From the IMG/VR virus record IMGVR_UViG_3300046513_000221, positions 186,001-250,000 of that record: a DNA stretch of 64,000 nucleotides; one strand, 5' to 3'. A program made the translations under genes and the position numbers. Shown here in pieces: positions 44,097 through 53,733 of this stretch; the first letter of the stretch is position 1; each line of letters begins with the position of its first letter. A model generated the notes under the pieces. It was given only the letters and a program-made list of their open reading frames with translations, was not told where the DNA came from and did not search any database.

Positions 44097-44552
44097 TTAG
44101 GTGTTGTTGTTGATGTTGAAGACCTTCTTCTTGTCTTCCGGGGTCGGAGCGGGGTTCGCCTTCTCGTGGTCCAGATGGGCGAGGATGTTGAAGCCCTGAG
44201 CGCGGGACAGCAGCTGGTTCAGAACCTCCAGATGCTCCTTCATGTAAACCAGCTTCTGGTTGTCCTCTTCCTTCTTCTTGTCCATCTTGGACTCGAATTG
44301 GGACATCTTCTCGCGTGCCTCGCGCAGAGCCTGCTGGATGCGAGCGATGCAGTCGGTCTTCTCCTCGTGGGTCTTGATGTTGACCACGCGGCGAGCCAGA
44401 TGGTCGATCTCGGCCACGGAGTAGCCCTTCAGCTTGCGGGTAGCCCACGTCATGAAGCTCTCGACGCTGAACTCTTCGTTCATCATCTTCTGTTCCTCCA
44501 GTGCCAGAACGGCAGTTTCGGTCAGGAAGATCGGTTGCAGATTGAGTGCCAT
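44097..44552 (-). CDS. Hypothetical, probable virion protein
   Basis: Late operon; N-terminal ALE/SVE motifs resembling prohead-protease sites. Confidence 0.6.
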   Translation of the reverse strand: MALNLQPIFLTETAVLALEEQKMMNEEFSVESFMTWATRKLKGYSVAEIDHLARRVVNIKTHEEKTDCIARIQQALREAREKMSQFESKMDKKKEEDNQKLVYMKEHLEVLNQLLSRAQGFNILAHLDHEKANPAPTPEDKKKVFNINNNT

Positions 44553-44562
44553 TTCGGTTTCC

Positions 44563-45063
44563 TTATATCATTGCCACGAAGTACAACTTAGCTACGTGGT
44601 GATCATTCGGTACCTTGGATACGGAATGATCGGTGTTGGTGATGAGGATCTCCTTCAGGGGGCGATCCTTGATGTTGATCAGGTTTTGCCCGACCAGATG
44701 GAACCCTGCGGCGATCATCTCGTCGGAGAGCTCCACCAGAGCCCAGATATTCTTATCGGTACTGCCGATGCTTTCGAGGAGCCTGATCTTCTCGATCTCT
44801 CCCCGGCGGCAGACGTACTGCCCACGAATGGTGTGGTACAGGCTCGGATTGATGACGCTGTGCAGACTGACGTCCCGAGTGGTTGCGAAATCGGGGCGCG
44901 CTTCTATGTAATTGTCCCGGAAGCTCCTGTCCTTCAGAGCGTGATCGGTCTCGACAATCCCTTTCTGCGTGTCCTTTCCAACGAAGACTCTCTCATCGAG
45001 ATCCACCCGAATGACCTCATCTTCAAGAAGTTTGAATACATCTGGGTAAGTCAAAATTTTCAT
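44563..45063 (-). CDS. Hypothetical protein, possible degenerate dUTPase/dCTP-deaminase fold
   Basis: GGGAG RBS at 45063; C-terminal spacing G....G..LI.....KEILITN......P.D..VAKLYF parallels dUTPase motifs 2-4 without catalytic residues. Confidence 0.45.
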   Translation of the reverse strand: MKILTYPDVFKLLEDEVIRVDLDERVFVGKDTQKGIVETDHALKDRSFRDNYIEARPDFATTRDVSLHSVINPSLYHTIRGQYVCRRGEIEKIRLLESIGSTDKNIWALVELSDEMIAAGFHLVGQNLINIKDRPLKEILITNTDHSVSKVPNDHHVAKLYFVAMI

Positions 45064-45140
45064 GAACAACTCCCTCGCGTATGCGCGCATTACGCGATTT
45101 TAAATAATTATAAATAATAAATAAAAAAGAAACCAGTTTT

Positions 45141-45881
45141 TTACTGGTTTTCTATCACCTTTCTGTGAAAGTACACATTGAAAGGTGTGTAGAACTTATC
45201 TTCTACTTGAATGTATTGGAAACCCTCGGCGATGGTTGCGTCACGCTTGAGGATCTCTTTTGCAGCGTCGCGCTGCTGGTAGTGCGGGTTACTACCCTTG
45301 ATCTCGACGATCAGGTTGAGCGATGGAATGTAGAAGTCCGGTAGGTAGAACCGAACCTGACCCTCCGCATCCTTGTAGTAGATCGTAGGAGGCTTGGTGA
45401 GCATCGACGAGGTGAAGTGATAAACACTTTCGAGGAAGTGCAGGAAGTGCTCCTCGTAGGTGCCAGTGACTTCGGTCTTCGTCCCGTCCATCCATGTGTA
45501 CTCGGAACCAATCTGGCGGTTCCCGAGCATCAGGCGCTGGTGCTCCGGATCATCGGTCAGATGGGTCTTACCGTACTTCGCCATCATTTTCCTTTTGAAG
45601 TCCTCGCGGTACTCCTGCTTCTCGACCTCATCGGCGAAGCGCTCATAGCGTTCCGTCACCGGATTCCAGGCAGTCGGCTTCCCGCTGATCACCGAGCGTC
45701 CCTCGGTCTTCTTGTACTTGAGGTTGAAGTAGAGTCGTGCTGCTGGCATCTCGTCACTCAGCATTTGAGGATACTTCGTCTCGATATGCTGGTACAGAGC
45801 AGGTTTACTGGAGAAAGTCGCCCCATCCAAGGGAAACTTAAACGAGTTATTGGTAGGCATGTAATCCTCAGCAAGTTTCAA
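45141..45881 (-). CDS. PD-(D/E)XK nuclease-domain protein
   Basis: YLPDFYIPSLNLIVEIKG; degenerate zinc-finger-like N-terminus. Confidence 0.7.
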   Translation of the reverse strand: MKLAEDYMPTNNSFKFPLDGATFSSKPALYQHIETKYPQMLSDEMPAARLYFNLKYKKTEGRSVISGKPTAWNPVTERYERFADEVEKQEYREDFKRKMMAKYGKTHLTDDPEHQRLMLGNRQIGSEYTWMDGTKTEVTGTYEEHFLHFLESVYHFTSSMLTKPPTIYYKDAEGQVRFYLPDFYIPSLNLIVEIKGSNPHYQQRDAAKEILKRDATIAEGFQYIQVEDKFYTPFNVYFHRKVIENQ

Positions 45882-45883
45882 TA

Positions 45884-45896
45884 TTAGCTATTTGTT
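45884..45896 (-). promoter_or_regulatory. Putative late promoter AACA-N6-TAA
   Basis: Minus strand AACA AATAGC TAA; back-to-back with the plus-strand copy at 45914. Confidence 0.65.
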
Positions 45897-45913
45897 GAAC
45901 AAAATCCTGATGA

Positions 45914-45926
45914 AACATAAGGTTAA
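45914..45926 (+). promoter_or_regulatory. Putative late promoter AACA-N6-TAA
   Basis: AACA TAAGGT TAA upstream of the spanin genes. Confidence 0.65.
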
Positions 45927-45957
45927 CTATAGTAACTTCTTCAACCGGAGAGCAATC

Positions 45958-46440
45958 ATGTTTAAAGCATTAACTGCAGGTGCAAAACCGTACATCGCCC
46001 TCGCCGTGGTGATCGCTATCGCGGTGCTGTTCGCACTGTGGCAGCACTCCAAGGCAGACCTCGCCACCGTCAAAGCTGACGCCAAGGTAATGGAGGTCCA
46101 AAAGAATGCCGTTATCGAACACAATGGCGAACAGATCACCAAGGCCGTAGAGGTCAACAAAGCCAATGACGAGACCCTCAAAACGGTTGTCAAGGCGCAG
46201 GAAACAATCAAGAAGAGCTCGGAGAAGATCACCAAGATCATCGACGACAACAATCAGGTCAAGAACGATCTCCTCATCGAGATCCAGAAGAATGTTGACG
46301 AGGAACGCTATGTGAGTCCAGAGACCGCATCCTCGATCCAGAAGGTACTGGATGAGATCGAACCCCTCGTTTACCCTCCTCAAGGAGAGCCGATTACCAC
46401 TGTGTACTCCGGCGAACAACTCGATGTCACACTTACGTAA
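45958..46440 (+). CDS. Inner-membrane spanin (Rz-like)
   Basis: Single N-terminal TM helix then coiled coil; GGAG RBS; followed by a lipoprotein. Confidence 0.75.
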   Translation: MFKALTAGAKPYIALAVVIAIAVLFALWQHSKADLATVKADAKVMEVQKNAVIEHNGEQITKAVEVNKANDETLKTVVKAQETIKKSSEKITKIIDDNNQVKNDLLIEIQKNVDEERYVSPETASSIQKVLDEIEPLVYPPQGEPITTVYSGEQLDVTLT

Positions 46441-46450
46441 GGAGCACGAA

Positions 46451-46813
46451 ATGAGCACCAACATCAAGAAAATAATGATCGTCTGCCTCACTCTCTTCAT
46501 GACCTGCATCCTTGCTGGATGTGGTACGATGAACCCGGAGGCCGGTAAGATCGACGTGACCGTCGCGAAACAAGAGGCAGTTTTCATCGAGATCCCACAG
46601 GAAACCCTCGACAAGTGCAAGAAGCCTCGCAAGCAAGATACCGTCTTCTTCCAGCACCTCAAGGAGGGGAAGATCAAAGAGAAGGAACTCGCTGCCGCCT
46701 ACGTGGAGAGCTACACCGGCCACGTCAACTGCTATCTGTCCAAGGAAGAGGCAGTTTTCCTCCAGCAGAAGCTGAAGGAACAAACTAAAACGGTGAAGAA
46801 AGATGGCAATTAA
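46451..46813 (+). CDS. Outer-membrane spanin (Rz1-like lipoprotein)
   Basis: Lipobox LAGC; IP..TL..C.KP motif; AAGGAG RBS. Confidence 0.75.
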   Translation: MSTNIKKIMIVCLTLFMTCILAGCGTMNPEAGKIDVTVAKQEAVFIEIPQETLDKCKKPRKQDTVFFQHLKEGKIKEKELAAAYVESYTGHVNCYLSKEEAVFLQQKLKEQTKTVKKDGN

Positions 46814-49304
46814 CCCATTAGACCAGTTAAAGATCATCGCTAGCAGGGAGATTGATGTACTCACATCTCACTGCGTGAAGGTGGTGATCAAGGATCAGGA
46901 TGAGGCCGATGTATTCGAGACCCAAGAGAGTCTCCGTCAGGCCTCCCTGTACCTCGACGTGTACTACCAGCTGGACAAGTACCCGACGCATGACATCCTG
47001 CGGACGCTCATTCGAGCAGCCGCTACACAAGACAGTCCTGATGCCGCTACGGTCGAGGCCGTGCAGACGCAGATCGATCTGAACTACAGTAACGCCCCGG
47101 TGACCCGGACAGCGCTGATCGCGCTCAAGGACAAGATTGCCCGGAACGGCTTCATCTCGATCACTCTGGTGGACAACAACATCACCGAGGAACGCACGCA
47201 CTTCCTTGAGAGCTTCATCGATCTGAACAAGTACTACCAGAATCTCAAGGAGACCTACGGCATCCCGATCTGGAAGAGCCGCAAGGCATATGACTTCGAT
47301 CTGCTGTTGGAGCCTAAGAAGGAGGATGACCTCATTCTGGCTAACTTCAGTGAGAACTACGCCGAGTGCCAGCGCTACTTCGTTTCCGTGATGTTCACCA
47401 AGTCGATGGCCAAGGATATGGTCGGCACGACCTCCACCGGCAGCTACATCAACTACTACAAGGCCTTCGGTCGCTTCTTCATCTGCTTCATGGTGATGAT
47501 CAAGACGATCAACGAGAAGCTCAAGAACCCGCTGGACGCTAACTCGATGGATGAGTACATCCTCGACAACATGCTCTTCTCCTTCGGGTTCACGGACTTC
47601 AAGAACTTCCCTGTAGACTACAAGCGGAAGATCGTCCAGAACATCAACGAGTTGATTCGACACAAGGGTACTGACCGTATCTTTACCGACATCCTCCAGA
47701 TCTTCGGTTTCAAGGACATCAACATCTTTAAGTACTACCTCGTCAAGCACCAGTCGTTCAACGATGACAAGAGCATGGCCGGGGTTGACGACAAGATCCG
47801 CTTCGTCTCACACAACGTGACCATCCCGTCCCTTCAGGAGGCGGTGAAGCGCAAGGAGTACCTGACCCACTCGTTCGAGAGCGTGACCGACAGCGATCCG
47901 TACTGGCAAGCGTCCAAGCTGGAGATCGGGAAGAAGGACTTCAACTACGTCAACAGTAAGTACTTCTCCATCGAGAGTAGCTTCGACCTCTTCAAGGAGA
48001 CCTCGAACATCGCATACTTCATCAATCTGGTGAAGACCCTGCGTGACGAGTACCCGGAAGCCGACAACGCCCTGACCCTCACGGCGACCAAGATCTCCGA
48101 TCGTCCGATCGAGCTGGTCGATCTGCTGGTCGCAGCGCAGATCATCGTCTCGAACTACTACGGTATCGACGACACGATTGATTTCTCGCAAGAGAGCATC
48201 TACAATGTGTTGAGCTTCGACCCGGAGGATGAGACCCCGCTGAACAAGCTGGTCACCTCCGACGAACACGACATCAACAACCCCGACACGCAGCGGTACG
48301 TGCTGGATCATATCTCGGACTACGACGATGTGAGCAAGAGCGAGCTGGAGACCATCTTCAAGTCCGACAAGGGCAAGATGGCCAACATGATCGCGCTCAT
48401 CAAGAGCCAACAGCACACGATCGGTGATGTGCGCGACTTCAAGAAACTCCAGGCACTCTACGAGTCGAAGTTCCTCGCGAAGTTCAACCTCCGCGAATAC
48501 GAAGGTTTCATTGGCTACAACCAGTACCTTCGCACTCGGAACCTCGATCTGCACACCTACATCGACACGATCGTGACCTCGTCCACGCAGGACGAGAAGA
48601 AGGTGGAAGTCCTGTACATCCTTAGCGCTCTGACCGAGTATGCGAAGAACCTCGATGTGCAGTTCGACAACCGCTTCTCGGACGTTATCACGTCATACAT
48701 CAACCGGATGGTATCGATCTTCAAGGCGTACACTGTGACGCTGAAGGACTTCACCATCTTCTACTCGTACGACGACAGTCTCTTCTTCACGTACTTCGAT
48801 GAGGCATTCGTCTCCACGAAGAACACCTTCGACGATGATCTGATCCAGATCAACGACCACGTTGGTGCAAGCCGGGGGAGCGAAGTCCTGCATGATGTCA
48901 AGATGCATCTGCTGGACCGGGCTGAGGGAATGACGACCATCATCCGCAATCATGCGAATGAGGACCACCTGTATCTCGTGGACCGACACAGTGAGCGGAC
49001 GCTTCTCACGATCGAAGACAGGTTCAGCATGGAGGATTCGATCCATTCCATGCGTACCAAGAAAGAGGATAGAGAGACCACCCTCCGGTACAGGGACTTC
49101 ATCGAGTATGACAAGGAGGAACCTTCCGAATTTAACCTCGCGATCGAAAAGGCGTGGTTCGCCGACAGGACGCGCCCTACGTCCGTCCTCTCTCCGGAGG
49201 ATCACATGCCGATACATGACCGAACGGGCATGCGCAGCATCGGTGCTAACATTTCAGACCGCGTCAGGTTCTCGGACAGCTTCGAGATACGAGTAATCGA
49301 ATAA
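46803..49304 (+). CDS. Large baseplate wedge-like structural protein
   Basis: 833 aa; LIRHKGT....DIL..FG resembles the gp7/P2-gpI wedge KGT motif. Confidence 0.55.
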   Translation: MAINPLDQLKIIASREIDVLTSHCVKVVIKDQDEADVFETQESLRQASLYLDVYYQLDKYPTHDILRTLIRAAATQDSPDAATVEAVQTQIDLNYSNAPVTRTALIALKDKIARNGFISITLVDNNITEERTHFLESFIDLNKYYQNLKETYGIPIWKSRKAYDFDLLLEPKKEDDLILANFSENYAECQRYFVSVMFTKSMAKDMVGTTSTGSYINYYKAFGRFFICFMVMIKTINEKLKNPLDANSMDEYILDNMLFSFGFTDFKNFPVDYKRKIVQNINELIRHKGTDRIFTDILQIFGFKDINIFKYYLVKHQSFNDDKSMAGVDDKIRFVSHNVTIPSLQEAVKRKEYLTHSFESVTDSDPYWQASKLEIGKKDFNYVNSKYFSIESSFDLFKETSNIAYFINLVKTLRDEYPEADNALTLTATKISDRPIELVDLLVAAQIIVSNYYGIDDTIDFSQESIYNVLSFDPEDETPLNKLVTSDEHDINNPDTQRYVLDHISDYDDVSKSELETIFKSDKGKMANMIALIKSQQHTIGDVRDFKKLQALYESKFLAKFNLREYEGFIGYNQYLRTRNLDLHTYIDTIVTSSTQDEKKVEVLYILSALTEYAKNLDVQFDNRFSDVITSYINRMVSIFKAYTVTLKDFTIFYSYDDSLFFTYFDEAFVSTKNTFDDDLIQINDHVGASRGSEVLHDVKMHLLDRAEGMTTIIRNHANEDHLYLVDRHSERTLLTIEDRFSMEDSIHSMRTKKEDRETTLRYRDFIEYDKEEPSEFNLAIEKAWFADRTRPTSVLSPEDHMPIHDRTGMRSIGANISDRVRFSDSFEIRVIE

Positions 49305-49315
49305 CAGTTATCTAG
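49303..49315 (+). promoter_or_regulatory. Putative late promoter AACA-N6-TAG
   Basis: AACA GTTATC TAG upstream of ATG 49344. Confidence 0.65.
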
Positions 49316-49343
49316 TCAACTTTTCTACCTAGAAAGAGAAATC

Positions 49344-50063
49344 ATGCACCAATCCAATGTGAAACAACTGAGTTTCGAAGAGCAGATGATGTTCCGTGAC
49401 ATCCGTCCGGATCGTCTGAAGTCGAAGCTGCAAGGCATCGTCGTGGTCAAGGACGCCGAAGACGGCAAGATCCTGCAGGTCAAGCCAAATCTGGTCGTGC
49501 GCGACGGTCGCGAGATGACCCTGCGCAAGGTCTTCAACCTGCCGGGCGCTGTTCCGGGCGAGAGCGAGTCCGCTCTGGGTTCCAAGTCGGTCCTGCTGTT
49601 CGGCATCGGCACCGGTGGCACCCCGAACAACGATCCGTTCAACCCGTTCCAGCCGACCCCTTCGGATCACGATCTGTCTTCGGCGATCTCGTTCCGCACC
49701 TCCAGCAACGCCGACCCGCTGCCGGACGCCGATGCACTGAAGTACTCGGACGGTCGCTCCGTCTCGGGCGGCAACATCGAGTGGTACAAAAAGCTCTTCA
49801 GCAACGGTCACGGCGAGATCACCGTCGATCCGGTCGCCGACATGGTGTACAACAAGCTGTCGCTGCAGATCAGCCCACAGGATGCTCGTGACAAGTTCGT
49901 CAACGAGCTGGCACTGTACTGGGCGCAATACAACGCGTCGGCGCTGGACATGAACTCGAAGTTCAGCAACTACTTCATGTTCAGCCGCATCACCTTCCTG
50001 ACCGAACCACTGCCGTCCACGACCAATAAGGCCTTGGATATTGATTACTACGTCTACCTGTAA
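49344..50063 (+). CDS. Baseplate/tail-collar structural protein
   Basis: NLVV.DGR...FGIGTGG...NELAL motif; very strong codon bias. Confidence 0.5.
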   Translation: MHQSNVKQLSFEEQMMFRDIRPDRLKSKLQGIVVVKDAEDGKILQVKPNLVVRDGREMTLRKVFNLPGAVPGESESALGSKSVLLFGIGTGGTPNNDPFNPFQPTPSDHDLSSAISFRTSSNADPLPDADALKYSDGRSVSGGNIEWYKKLFSNGHGEITVDPVADMVYNKLSLQISPQDARDKFVNELALYWAQYNASALDMNSKFSNYFMFSRITFLTEPLPSTTNKALDIDYYVYL

Positions 50064-50089
50064 GGGTAGCTGAAGAAATCTGGATCACA

Positions 50090-50140
50090 GGAAAAAAAAA
50101 GAACCGGAGCTACCCTTTGCGGGGTAGCTCCGATTTTTAC
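50090..50140. terminator. Bidirectional terminator
   Basis: CGGAGCTACCC / GGGTAGCTCCG. Confidence 0.85.
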
Positions 50141-50143
50141 GCT

Positions 50144-51076
50144 TTAGCCTTTGACAGCTTCAGCTTCGACTGGTGCGTCGTGGTTCAGCTTGTAGCCGTC
50201 GGTCGCTGGTGCATCGACGCAACCGCTGACGGTGGCTGCGAATGCTTCTTCAGCCGGGGCATCAGCAGCGGCTTCGCTCTTGCAGTGCTCGCAGTCGGAG
50301 TGGTCCATGCTCTGACCGGTCACCATACCGTGCTTCTGCATGAAGCCGACGATGTAGTCGATGCCAGCAGCTTCGACGGTCTTCTCTTCTTCACCCACGA
50401 CATGCGCCTTACCATTGAAGGTCTTGGCATTCAGATCCGCGTCGTCGATGGTCAGCGTAGCGCCGTCGTTGAAGGTCACCACGTTACCGGCGACCATGTT
50501 GATGCGGATCAGCGAGACCTTCGGCATCTGGATCGGTTCAGGCTTCTCGATGTGGAAGCGACCCTCGATGATCAGGTCGCGGATTTCCTGCTCCGACATG
50601 TCGAAGTCATCGTTCTTCGAGCCGTCTTCCCACTTGACGGCGACGGTGAAGTGGCCCGGTTCGTATTCCTTCTCGATCGTGGCGGTGCCGACGCTCATGC
50701 TGCTGATGTACAGAACCAGACCGGCTTCGATCTTCAGGTCTTTGGCCGACTTGATCAGCTTGAAGTTCTGGACGGCGTACTCGATCACTTCCGGCAGGAT
50801 CTTCGTGACTTCGGCGGAGACGTTCGCCAGCAAGCCCTTCAGACGCGGCAGGACGCAGTCGTCCAGACTGGTGTCGAAGGTGGCCGGGTCGTCGCCGGAC
50901 TGGTTGTCCACAGCGTTCTTCAGGATGTCGGCGGCGACGAGTTGCGCCAGTGCCTTGACGACGCCTTCTTCGTTACCGTTGATCAGGTTGTCGTCGATCA
51001 TTCCCGTGAACAGCGTCTGGTCTTCAGCTGGCAGGTTGGCGGTCAGGGCGGCGAATGCGTTGGTCTTGGTGTTCAT
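50144..51076 (-). CDS. Acidic hypothetical protein
   Basis: Strong codon bias, AAGG RBS. Confidence 0.75.
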   Translation of the reverse strand: MNTKTNAFAALTANLPAEDQTLFTGMIDDNLINGNEEGVVKALAQLVAADILKNAVDNQSGDDPATFDTSLDDCVLPRLKGLLANVSAEVTKILPEVIEYAVQNFKLIKSAKDLKIEAGLVLYISSMSVGTATIEKEYEPGHFTVAVKWEDGSKNDDFDMSEQEIRDLIIEGRFHIEKPEPIQMPKVSLIRINMVAGNVVTFNDGATLTIDDADLNAKTFNGKAHVVGEEEKTVEAAGIDYIVGFMQKHGMVTGQSMDHSDCEHCKSEAAADAPAEEAFAATVSGCVDAPATDGYKLNHDAPVEAEAVKG

Positions 51077-51091
51077 ACTGTAGTGCCTTTC

Positions 51092-51304
51092 TTAGTTACC
51101 GGTATCGGTGTAGGTGCTGAGAATGATGGAGAAAGCGGAGTTGTCTACAGTCCACTTCCGAAGTACGGGGTCATGCGTTTGCGGGAAGAAGGCGTCGAGA
51201 AATGCCTCGCCGAGGTTCTTCGTTCCCTGAATGGTCGTCATGAAGGTTTCATGATACCATTTGATGAATTGTTGTTTTGGGATTCTGACTATCCCGGTAC
51301 TCAT
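51092..51304 (-). CDS. Small hypothetical protein
   Basis: ATGA overlap with upstream gene. Confidence 0.6.
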   Translation of the reverse strand: MSTGIVRIPKQQFIKWYHETFMTTIQGTKNLGEAFLDAFFPQTHDPVLRKWTVDNSAFSIILSTYTDTGN

Positions 51305-51666
51305 TTCATCTCGTCCATCTGGAGGATGAAGCGCACCTGCTTCTTCAGTTCCTCGACTTCCGGCTTGAAGCGCATCTCGGATGGCTCAGCGCAGTAGTTG
51401 AAGTTCTTCAGACCGGTGATGTCCGGGTGCTTGATGCTAGCCACGGTGTTCCACTTGAGACCCTGTTGGTCCCAGACCTCTACCTTCGCAACGCTCTGGA
51501 AGTCGTAGGTGTCGAGGTAGATGTACACACGAACGCGGTATGCGCTCGGATCACCTGCAAAGACCGAGATGCCGAAGATCTCCTCGTAGGTATGACCCTG
51601 ACGCATCCGCGTTATCTTCTTCGAGAACGGAACCTCGGGATTCACGTACTTTTTCTTAGCTGCCAT
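51301..51666 (-). CDS. Hypothetical protein
   Basis: GGGAG RBS at 51666. Confidence 0.7.
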   Translation of the reverse strand: MAAKKKYVNPEVPFSKKITRMRQGHTYEEIFGISVFAGDPSAYRVRVYIYLDTYDFQSVAKVEVWDQQGLKWNTVASIKHPDITGLKNFNYCAEPSEMRFKPEVEELKKQVRFILQMDEMK

Positions 51667-51718
51667 AAGTGCTCCCAAATTGAAACTGATGGGGAGGATC
51701 GGAACCCTCCCCGTATTA

Positions 51719-52777
51719 TTACGCCATCTCGACTGCCTCGTGGGCCATCGCGTTCAGTACGCCGAACAGCGAGCTATTCGAGCCGCTTACAACCTTGAAA
51801 TCAATGTTGGCCTTGATCAACACGTCACGATGAGCGTGGTCGACCCAGTCCTTCATCAGGATTACTTCACCGACCTTCTCTGCACGACTGCGGAGCATGG
51901 TCATCGCCTCGTTGGCTTCGTGGAAACGAAGGTCAAAGAAGCGGTCATACTTGTGCTTGACTTCCGCGATCTGTTTGGGGATGAGTCCGATGATCAGGAT
52001 ACTCGGTTTCCGTACAGCTGCTTCTGCGCTTTTCGGCATACGGGGGTCGTGACGACGGTCCACAGGAGGCTCCTCGACCGAACGGGCGAAGGTCTCCATC
52101 GGCTCACCACCCATCGTGTGGGCAACTTCCTGGAACACACCAGTGAGGATCATTTTCCGTACCACGGCTGTCATGAAGTGAGCAGCTTCGGTGCAGCTGA
52201 CACCATTGAGGAAAACCTCTGGTGCCTCAACAAACACCTTCGCGATGACCGGAGCGATGGCCTTCACCGGTTCCGGCAGAGACCGCACCAGCTCATCCAG
52301 CCACATCAGGTCTTCACGGCGCTGCAGACCCTTGCGCTGCTTCGGATCGAGGATCTCCTCGGCCTTCACAACCGCGTCGGTGAGCGGTATGTGAGGACAT
52401 TCGGAGCGCAGACGCTTGACCTCGACGGCCACCTGCATACGGATCTTACCACCCCAGCGGATGACGCGTGGTCCGGAACCCTCGACAACACTAGGGATGC
52501 TCTTGGTCGTCTTGGAATGCTTCTTCAGGTACTCTTGCGTTACCTGATACTCGAACATCGCTGCCGGATTCTCCGGCTGGATGCGCTCTACATCGCCGCG
52601 ATTCATCAGGAAGGAGATGATCGCGTACATGCGCTTCTCGGGTGTGACCTCGTCACCGCCGATCGCCTCGTGGATCTGCTTCAGGGTCATGCGATGACCG
52701 CCCATGGTTGCGTTGGCAATTACTTCAACGGTCACGGCACGTACTTCTGCTACGGAAACTTTGCTGGACGAATTCAT
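51719..52777 (-). CDS. Hypothetical protein, possible N-terminal winged-helix
   Basis: GGGAG RBS at 52777; MTLKQIHEAI...L.NRG.VE.I pattern. Confidence 0.65.
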   Translation of the reverse strand: MNSSSKVSVAEVRAVTVEVIANATMGGHRMTLKQIHEAIGGDEVTPEKRMYAIISFLMNRGDVERIQPENPAAMFEYQVTQEYLKKHSKTTKSIPSVVEGSGPRVIRWGGKIRMQVAVEVKRLRSECPHIPLTDAVVKAEEILDPKQRKGLQRREDLMWLDELVRSLPEPVKAIAPVIAKVFVEAPEVFLNGVSCTEAAHFMTAVVRKMILTGVFQEVAHTMGGEPMETFARSVEEPPVDRRHDPRMPKSAEAAVRKPSILIIGLIPKQIAEVKHKYDRFFDLRFHEANEAMTMLRSRAEKVGEVILMKDWVDHAHRDVLIKANIDFKVVSGSNSSLFGVLNAMAHEAVEMA

Positions 52778-52843
52778 TTTTATATTTCTCCCAAAGTATA
52801 TATGTAAATTGGAGGGGAATCCCATCCCCTCCGGTGATGCAGG

Positions 52844-53386
52844 TTAAACCTTGTCGATCTTGACTTTCTCGATCAGGTCGAGGTAGTCTGCGTCGGTCAG
52901 TACGCCTTCAAGGCGCTCGCCGAGCCAGTCCATGCCGTGCTCGATGTGCTCACGGATGGTAGGGTACTTGTCCATCAGGTCTTTCGTGATGATGAACAGT
53001 GCGCCGCCACCGTTATTGGTAGCCACGCCCACCCCGGCCAGAGTCTTCTCGCGGTTCAGGTTCTGCGCGAAGTCGAAGCCGGTATTCTTGTCGCCAGCAC
53101 GATCGCCTTCGGGGAAGACGTGGTCGAGCGGCAGACGGATGTCTGGATTCATGTGGCTGATCATGAATTGGAAGTCAGCCTCGTTGTCGGTGACGAGATA
53201 GATATTGCCGCCCGTGGTCTCCATGAAGTCCCACGTCAGGCGCTCGTCGTCGGCAGCAACTTCACCTTCCATATCGGAAGCGAGGAAGACGTTGCGGAGG
53301 ATAGCCAGCTTGTCAACTTCGCTCAGTGCAGCGTTTGCACGCAGGTTCTCGCGAAGGTTGTTGATAGATGTTCCCAGTGCTTGCAT
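52844..53386 (-). CDS. Hypothetical protein
   Basis: GGAG RBS at 53386. Confidence 0.7.
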   Translation of the reverse strand: MQALGTSINNLRENLRANAALSEVDKLAILRNVFLASDMEGEVAADDERLTWDFMETTGGNIYLVTDNEADFQFMISHMNPDIRLPLDHVFPEGDRAGDKNTGFDFAQNLNREKTLAGVGVATNNGGGALFIITKDLMDKYPTIREHIEHGMDWLGERLEGVLTDADYLDLIEKVKIDKV

Positions 53387-53519
53387 TTGCTTCTCCAAAG
53401 GGTATGCTTAATTGATTTCTGTGCGCTTTTGTACAGGGACGCGCTTCCCTAAGATGTATTGAGACATGGAGAGGTGAATCCTTTGAGGCTTCTCCATGAA
53501 TTTCAGCTAACTACCGCAA

Positions 53520-53615
53520 TCACTTACCACGACGCCATTTCGCCCAGTCGCCTGGGAAAACGCCGTCACGTTCGGATTGATTTGCAGTGTTGTAGTTGAA
53601 ATTGTACATCGACAT
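53520..53615 (-). CDS. 31-aa peptide MSMYNFNYNTANQSERDGVFPGDWAKWRRGK (not in ORF track)
   Basis: First ORF after the early motif at 53656-53668; followed by a hairpin at 53466-53498. Confidence 0.4.
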   Translation of the reverse strand: MSMYNFNYNTANQSERDGVFPGDWAKWRRGK

Positions 53616-53655
53616 AAAACAGGATCTCTACTAAGGTTATGGCACGAATACCATA

Positions 53656-53668
53656 GCTATAATATATG
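53656..53668 (-). promoter_or_regulatory. Putative early promoter
   Basis: + strand GCTATAATATATG, identical 13-mer at 63862-63874. Confidence 0.65.
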
Positions 53669-53696
53669 CCGAATGGCCTAGACGATTCGGTTTATC

Positions 53697-53709
53697 AACA
53701 AACCTATAA
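53697..53709 (+). promoter_or_regulatory. Putative late promoter AACA-N6-TAA
   Basis: AACA AACCTA TAA upstream of the virion RNAP beta' gene. Confidence 0.65.
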
Positions 53710-53733
53710 TAGACACCAAGCAAAGGTTTCATA

